Source of the DNA: Perna viridis
Taxonomy: Eukaryota
Assembly (NCBI GenBank): GCA_037379345.1
Contig: CM074518.1
Coordinates: 42,125,586-42,189,585, forward strand
Length of the DNA: 64,000 nt
Direction of reading: 5' to 3'
Position 1 is the first letter of the stretch. Each line of letters begins with the position of its first letter. This document shows, piece by piece, positions 55,365-64,000 of this stretch. The notes below the pieces were generated by a model, which did no database searches, was not told the DNA's origin, and was given only the letters and a program-made list of their open reading frames with translations. A program made the position numbers and the translations under genes.

Positions 55365-57639
55365 AATATGAAAGGTTTCAGATCTACGCCGCCAAATGTG
55401 CCACACATGTGAGTTGCTGTACATGAAGAACAACCTAAGATTATCACATGAATTGAGTAACATTGAGTCATCAAATGTGACTATAAAGTGTTAAACTCAA
55501 AAAGATTCATTCTCGAGGAATGAATAACAAATGTGGCTATATAGTGCAAACCAAGTCTAACTCAAATAGATTCATTCTCGAGGAATGAAATGAAATTAAA
55601 ACTGATTCTTAGGATAGGTGGGGCTGTTGAAATAATAAAAATTAATAAGGAACAATTGCCTTTTACCATAGATATTATAATCTTATAATTTTGAAAACAC
55701 CACAGGAGTTTTTAATGATGAAGTACTACCATTGTACATTTTTTTCTAAAATCAGAGCAACTGTCTCATCTAATCTTGTAGTACATTTTCAACATGCCTT
55801 GTCTATTATGAACAAATTAATCGAAAATGTTTCTGGATTGGTATTTATAGACTTCTTCTGATACAACCACTGCTATTGATTAGCAAATGGCATAATGCCG
55901 ATTATTCAATGTTTCGGAATTTGTAAAAGTTCAGAAACGAAAATAGCACCTTGTTGTAAATCTGTGCTGTTTCCTGCTACAGTTTCTCAGGCATCATTTA
56001 ATGATTTTCAATGAAAATGAAATACTTTTTTCTTCAAATCCCCATTCATTGCATAATTTGTAACTCTCTCAATTGGGAATTTTGCCCTGACATGATAAAA
56101 ACAGCATATCAATTCTCTTCCATCTTTCATAGTTGAATAGGCATATTAATTCAGAATATTATGTAACCTGCTGCAGAAATAATAAAGAATTGTGTCAATC
56201 CTAAGCATATACCCTCGTAGGCAAACAGAAATATCAATACATTCAGTGAACATGCAATAATTTATGACTGCTGATAACTGCATGTAAATAATATGTACAT
56301 GTATCCCAAAGTTCTAATTTGACTTTCATGAAACAAAAGTAAAGTTTGCATATGTTTAAAAAAAAATTCATCAGGTTAACACCGTCTGCATGGATTCATA
56401 ATGGTGTTGGTCAAAGGTCCAGGGCCCTCAAGTTCTCACTGAGGAATTTCTAAATTTCATTTACCTGGATCTTTGACCTTTAACCCTTTTAATTGACATA
56501 ATTGTGAGCTGAAGATTTTCCTCAAGTGGACCATTGCTTTGAATCTTGGAAAAGTCCAAGACCGTCTACTCATCCTCTGCAGTTTATAAAAATGTCCATT
56601 TGAAAAATTAATTTTATTCTTGGTAAATGCAAGTTCTATTTTCAGGATTTACCAGTAAGTTTTCATTATGTCTATTGTTTATGGAGAATCTGACTTGGCA
56701 TAAGTCCTTAAACAATCGGTCTTCAATAGACTAATTCTGATTTCATTTGGAATTAAGATTTCAAGGGTCATTAAAATCGGAACTCCTAGAACAATTAATG
56801 AAAATGGATATGGTGAATATGTCAAATAGAAAACAACCTCACCAAATGAAAATAGTCAGGTAAAGGCCATCCATGGGTCTAGCATGTCATTCAAATTATT
56901 TAGTTCACCATTTTCAGGGTGGGATGAAAAAAACACATACAATTGACAATCCTCAAAGATCAAAGCTCAATAATTTTCCCATTTTGCTAATCAAATGCCC
57001 TAACTATCAGAAATCCTCTTTATTTTCTACTCAGCAAAACTACAAAATAATGTCTAAGCAATAAATGACAAAAGCCATAGCTTTGATTGTTCTTCCCTAC
57101 AATACTTAACCCAGCATGATGTAATATTGTTCTAATGATATAACAAGCTTATACTCAAAACATATCTTCACTCCTACTTAGTTTAGTGTTTTATCCTATA
57201 GCATATGATACAAGGTAACAATGAACTCTCTGAGATTGTTATGATGTTAAAGACAGTTTAAGCATCAAATTATGTAAACAGAAATTTTGGATCAGTTTTA
57301 TTTTTTGCTTTTTTTGTGACATAAAAATAAATCTGTTCCAAATATTTTCTTCAAGGAAGATTGTCAAAAGTTTTTACAGATGATCACACATTACTACACC
57401 AAAGAAGATAAAAGGTGAAATGTCCCCACTTCCCCCACCCCAAAAAAAAGGGGCAGCACAAAAAAGTTTCCTACATGCAGTAAGTTCTATGAAGAATAGC
57501 CTGACAATTCTTTGTAAAGCAGCACAGGCTTCTGTTGAACATTGTATCCAGGCCATCTATATGGAATGTTATTTTAAGATATATGAATGGTCATAATCTA
57601 TGTGAAATTTTGTTATATCAATTTTTTTCAAATTTTTTA

Positions 57640-57810
57640 TTGGGGTAAGGATGATCAAGTACCAGTAAGCATTGGGGTTGGCATGATTTCAGATCAAGTA
57701 GCAGCAAGCATTAGGGTAGAGATGATCAAGTACCAGTAAGCATTGGGGTAGGGATGATCAAGTGCCAGTAAGCATTGTGGTAGGGATGATTTCAGATCAA
57801 GTACCAGTCA
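57640..57810. repeat. 31-39-bp tandem repeat, ~5 copies
   Basis: gatgat(ttcagat)caagtaccagtaagcattggggtag. Confidence 0.85.
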
Positions 57811-57868
57811 GCTTCAAGTACAACTAATGCCACAAACCTGGAACAACAAAAATTAAAAAAAGTACTTA

Positions 57869-58048
<180 letters not shown>

Positions 58049-61000
58049 TTATTTTGCCATCTAGACGCAAAACTATTTTTTGGGGTATTTTTTAAACGTC
58101 TAGATTGTAAAATAAAAAAAAAAATTTCACAGCTAATGTAAATCATACATTTTTAAGGAAAAATATACTCATTCAGAAATCATATACAAGAAGCATGTTA
58201 ACCCGTATTGTGTCATAGTAGAACTTCATAAATACATCTTAAATCACAAAAAAAAGCCAAACATATTAGGAATTCACAATTTTTCATGTTATATCAACAT
58301 CCCTACTTATTGCCACTTAAAGGCACTTAAACAAAATACTAAACTTGTCTTTTCTAAGTTTTCAATTCAAACATACAAGTATTTCATTGTGCAGGCATTG
58401 GTTGAAACTCATTCAGGGGACTTTATTTCTCAGACTCATGTGAAAAATTTTCAAAATGACATCTGATTTTCCCTATACATTACTTGTATAGACAAAAGGA
58501 TGAATTTCAGTCACATGTTACAACAGGAAAACCCTACTTAAAGCAGAAGGAGCTGTAATGTAAGATACAACTTCCTAACCACTGTGAAACATGTATATAT
58601 GGATCTTTAAGGGTTACATGTAGATGTAATTTCTGTTCTTGTTTTGGTGTAATTGAAAGATTGGAATGTAATCTATACAGCTGCTTGAACATTTGTAATA
58701 GAGACCTTTGGCCTACATGTAAAAATGTATGCATGAATTACATGTACAAGAACTTGGTAACGAGAGATTTTTTCAATTATTTAAATGTGGGTTATATGTA
58801 TGCATATGTCTCAGTAAAAAAATAAAGAGGATTGGAATGTAATCTGTACTGCTGTTAAAGAATTGGCAAAAAAGATCTATGTGCAAAAATGTACATGTAT
58901 GTGTATGTTTGAATTGAAGAAAACTACTGGTATACCTGTATGTAAACAGCATTTAAAGGTCCATATTGCATTAAAAATATTAAAAAATAATTTTGTGCAG
59001 TGTACCAGTGAGAGAAAAATTAATTTATTGTATCCCTCTTACTTGGTACATGTAAATTAAAAAAAACAAATGCTTGGCTAAAGCACATTGATATGCTTGT
59101 CGCTCTGTTTTAGTTAAAATTTTCATTGGTACCCAAAAATGAAGAAATAGGAAAGCCATGAAAAAGAACAGAAATTTCCATTGGTAAGGAAAACATTTAC
59201 CAAATAAATATAATTGAAATCTTTAAAATAACAAGTGTGGACAGATGGACAGACACAGTATACCTTCAAAATGTCAATCAAAAGACATGGATATAAAGAG
59301 TAAGTGAGCAATGGCAGAGATGGACAAACAATTACTCTGAAAGAACAACAAATATGGTGAAACTCTACTAATGTACCAATGAATAACCTATTGGCAAATC
59401 TAAAGTAGAAAATACCTTTAGAGATCACAAAAAGGTCTTTAACATGTGTAAACACACCTTTAAGTTCTGAAAGGCCCGAACAAAAATAGTAATAAAATCC
59501 ATGGCAACAGAACAATTCTTCACAACCAAATAAAAAGTAATATAAGGATTCAAAGACACATTAATGGCCAACATCTCAAGACTATGTACAGGCGTATGAA
59601 ATCAGAGATAAAGTTTAAACTAGTTTTATAAGGCCTCAACCATCCTCTGAGTAAGCAAACAACTTTAAACAGTATAATAGTGATGTCATATCATTAAAAT
59701 ACTTTTCCCAATTATTTCAATGAAGAATGAATCAGTGTAATTGGCTTCTACTGAAGTCTGAAACTCCATCCTTTTGATTTATCAGTTATCTAATCAAAAT
59801 ATCTTACATGAAAACACAAGTATTGAAAAAAAAATAAAAATAATTTAGATATTTTAGGATTTAATGGCACAAAAACTTCCATCAGATGGTTATGGTATAA
59901 GTATAATAGGTTGGATCCTTTCTTAGAAACATGACCACATAAAAGCTTCTAATTCAGAACAGTTATCTTCACTATACATCACTCTAATATTCACCATTAG
60001 GACTTTGCTGCAAACTGGTTTACCTTCTAAAAATAGACACCCCCCCAAAAAAAAAAAAATACGGTGATTTTGAAATTCTTCTACTCTGGATACGACCACA
60101 ACCATAAAAAATTATTGCTTATTTGTACATTGTGAAAATTGGAAAAGTTCATTTGAGCTTCCATGTCAATTTAAAGCACAACTTTAACATAGAACACAGT
60201 TTAAATTTTGGCTTTCTTCAGCAATTTTCAAATACAAAAATACCAATCATATAAATGTTGTACACCTGTTTCGAGGACTATCCAGTCCAAATAATCTAAA
60301 ATTTCTAAGTGGTTAGGACAAACATTTGGTTGAATATACTTGTATATGGAATAACTTGTGAACATTTTTGTTTTTAAGACCATTGACCTAATTTTGAGAT
60401 TACATCTAGTCAACAAAAATATCAATATTGTTATTTTTCAAACAGAATTTTCTGTAACTTCTCATTGAAACGCTGTTATAATATGTATAATCAGTTTCTC
60501 TGCATTGTTAATGTATTTGGCGCCATGAAATAATGAAAGCAAACTAAAAGGCATCATTTTACCACCCTTTTTGTACTGGCATTGTAAATGTTGCATCAGT
60601 AATGCAGTTTTGATGATCCTATTTAGATACATGACCCCATAAAGGCCTTGTGGTATCACATATATGGTATCCTATCATTGTGTATCTTTCTCCTTAGGGA
60701 CTCTTCTCCTATTTATGGAGCACTGCAACATAGAACCAGTGCATTACATAATTTTAGATATTTGGAGTCAGAAATTAATTGCACAAGAATTAATTGACAT
60801 ATCTTTTAAAATGATTCTTTTGTCCATCATTTGCTTCAGGAACATTTTAATTTATTTTTGATCCCTTTTTGAAACATGACCTACATGTGACAGAACCATC
60901 AATTCATTAGACACATTACATGTAATTTTGTAATCAAGCCTGTATTTTTATCCTGTGGAACTCCCCTCCTATAAATGGAGCACTCAACTCCCAATTTGGT

Positions 61001-61469
61001 CTCAGTTGACTGTGGCATTATATTTCAAGTCAGAAATAATAGCCTGTATTTCTATTTATATTGACATTACTTAAGTGCTGGAAAAGTCACATTGAATTGT
61101 GGACCAAAACATCAATACTCCATCAAGCTGGAATTCATTAGTTGAGTTACATTTTTTTTACCTAAAAGCATGTTATTCAATTGCTGAATAAAGGGGGAGT
61201 GTATCTGATAAAAGTTAAGTAATCTATAATCTATAAGGGACATTAGCTAACAAGTTCAATGGAATAAATGGGTTCTCTGTACATCAGTTGTTTTATAGAA
61301 CAAAAGAATTAAACAGAAAATTTGATCAAATTATTCTTCTCTTCGCTGTCAGAAACCCACGGACATTTGCACTTTCAATTTTGCTACATCATACTGGTAC
61401 ACAATCATGCCATGGCTTCTTTTAGGCTTTAGCATTTAAATCAAAACCCTTCTACTAAGTATACATTAA

Positions 61470-61600
61470 GGGCCAGCTGCAGCCTGCCCTATGGTATGAT
61501 TTCCCCTTCATTCATTGAAGACCAATGAGTGGCCTTGGGCTGACATTTTCATCTTAGTGGGATTATTTGTCTCTTTGATATATACACCATACCTTTTCTC
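61470..61600 (+). mobile_element. Degraded SINE/LINE 3'-tail remnant
   Basis: gggccagctg...cattgaagacc...gtggcctt...tgtctctttga resembles a common bivalve retroposon tail (recall only). Confidence 0.4.
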
Positions 61601-61943
61601 GTTATATGAATCTTGTACAACATTTGAGTAATTTCAATTGGTCCGTAACATAGTAGTTTTCTGTTTTAAAAATAGCACTTTAGTATGTTGGTCATTTTGA
61701 ATTATTTTTTTTGACCAAAAATACTGTTGTAAAACTTGTATTTTTATCAGCCCAGGGTTACAATGACACTAACATTCTATCAACCTTGTCCTATCGGGCA
61801 ATTTGAAAAAAAATACATTTTTGGAGATAAAACTATGAAAAAAATTACATTTCCTGCTATGAAAAAAAAATAAATTTCCCCAATTTTAGAGGCATATGCC
61901 TAGCATATCTATCCTTTGATTTCTGCCTGCATGTCAATTTTGC

Positions 61944-62058
61944 ATTTTAGTTACTCTATGTTCTTTGTTGTGTATGTCTGTTTTCCATGTCTGGTCTTTG
62001 TCCCTGGATTACATTCTTTTGATTACTGCTATAACCTTGGTTCCCTTGATTACTCTTG
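61944..62058 (+). mobile_element. Dispersed repeat, partial inverted copy 3
   Basis: Reverse complement of part of 771-937. Confidence 0.75.
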
Positions 62059-62205
62059 CAACTTCAGTATTAAGAAAAATATTTAGGCAAAATTTTATGA
62101 ATTTGTATACTAAGCTAAAATGCATCGTAAATCTCACTCTGTAACAGTAACAATAGCTTCTTTATTGTCAAAGATCCAAAACAATAATAAGTTATTGACC
62201 AACGC

Positions 62206-63980
62206 CAATGTTGACAGACTTATACTAACAGATCTCTACATCAATATCCTATCAATGGTGACAGACTTATACTAACAGATCTCTACATCAATATCCTATC
62301 AATGGTGACAGACTTATACTAACAGATCTCTACATCAATATCCTATCAATGGTGACAGACTTATACTAACAGATCTCTACATCAATATCCTATCAATGGT
62401 GACAGACTTATACTAACAGATCTCTACATCAATATCCTATCAATGGTGATAGACTTATACTAACAGATCTCTACATCAATATCCTATCAATGGTGACAGA
62501 CTTATACTAACAGATCTCTACATCAATATCCTATCAATGGTGACAGACTTATACTAACAGATCTCTACATCAATATCCTATCAGTGGTGACAGACTTATA
62601 CTAACAGATCTCTACATCAATATCCTATCAATGGTGACAGACTTATACTAACAGATCTCTACATCAATATCCTATCAATGGTGACAGATACTAACAGATC
62701 TCTACATCAATATCCTATCAATGGTGACAGACTTATACTAACAGATCTCTACATCAATATCCTATCAATGGTGACAGACTTATACTAACAGATCTCTACA
62801 TCAATATCCTATCAATGGTGACAGACTTATACTAACAGATCTCTACATCAATATCCTATCAATGGTGACAGACTTATACTAACAGATCTCTACATCAATA
62901 TCCTATCAATGTTGACAGACTTATACTAACAGATCTCTACATCAATATCCTATCAATGTTGACAGACTTATACTAACAGATCTCTACATCAATATCCTAT
63001 CAATGGTGACAGACTTATACTAACAGATCTCTACATCAATATCCTATCAATGGTGACAGACTTATACTAACAGATCTCTACATCAATATCCTATCAATGG
63101 TGACTTATACTAACAGATCTCTACATCAATATCCTATCAATGGTGACAGACTTATACTAACAGATCTCTACATCAATATCCTATCAATGGTGACAGATAC
63201 TAACAGATCTCTACATCAATATCCTACCAATGGTGACAGACTTATACTAACAGATCTCTACATCAATATCCTATCAATGGTGACAGACTTATATTAACAG
63301 ATCTCTACATCAATATCCTATCAATGTTGACAGACTTATACTAACAGATCTCTACATCAATATCCTATCAATGTTGACAGACTTATACTAACAGATCTCT
63401 ACATCAATATCCTATCAATGGTGACAGACTTATACTAACAGATCTCTACATCAATATCCTATCAATGGTGACAGACTTATACTAACAGATCTCTACATCA
63501 ATATCCTATCAATGGTGACAGACTTATACTAACAGATCTCTACATCAATATCCTATCAATGGTGACAGACTTATACTAACAGATCTCTACATCAATATCC
63601 TATCAATGTTGACAGACTTATACTAACAGATCTCTACATCAATATCCTATCAATGGTGACAGACTTATACTAACAGATCTCTACATCAATATCCTATCAA
63701 TGGTGACAGACTTATACTAACAGATCTCTACATCAATATCCTATCAATGGTGACAGACTTATACTAACAGATCTCTACATCAATATCCTATCAATGGTGA
63801 CAGACTTATACTAACAGATCTCTACATCAATATCCTATCAATGGTGACAGACTTATATTAACAGATCTCTACATCAATATCCTATCAATGGTGACAGGTA
63901 CTAACAGATCTCTACATCAATATCCTATCAATGTTGACAGACTTATACTAACAGATCTCTACATCAATATCCTATCAATG
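62206..63980. repeat. 47-bp minisatellite, ~38 near-identical copies
   Basis: Unit gacagacttatactaacagatctctacatcaatatcctatcaatggt; a few units carry 4-5 bp deletions or g/t variants. Confidence 0.97.
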
Positions 63981-64000
63981 GAATTCATTAGCAGCATTAA

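Noticed and set aside
62206-63980. CRISPR-like array or coding repeat (ORF 63097..63297)
   Set aside because: No unique spacers, eukaryotic context, and a 47-bp unit is not a multiple of 3.

Overview
AT-rich, intron-rich eukaryotic DNA; the repeat families resemble those of bivalve molluscs (inference). The window lies within the 5' part of a minus-strand ARHGAP39 (vilse/CrGAP; WW-WW-MyTH4-RhoGAP family) gene. I reconstructed five phase-consistent coding exons: 57870-57971 (WW1, missed by the ORF track), 19842-19980 (WW2), 15783-15875, 8897-8977 and 4122-5532. The start exon and the MyTH4/RhoGAP exons were not found here. Introns hold MITEs, Helentron-like elements, SINEs and minisatellites. 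Most notable: (1) a ~500-bp retroposon (2 copies, 13-15 bp TSDs) whose 5' end is not tRNA-like but folds into a pseudoknot plus an internal-loop hairpin, a candidate new ribozyme or 5'-processing RNA; (2) an intronic array of about 11 copies of the WW2 exon 3' end with its splice donor; (3) three candidate alternative N-termini in frame with the gene, one encoding a transmembrane anchor. Nearly all other short ORFs in the track look spurious.
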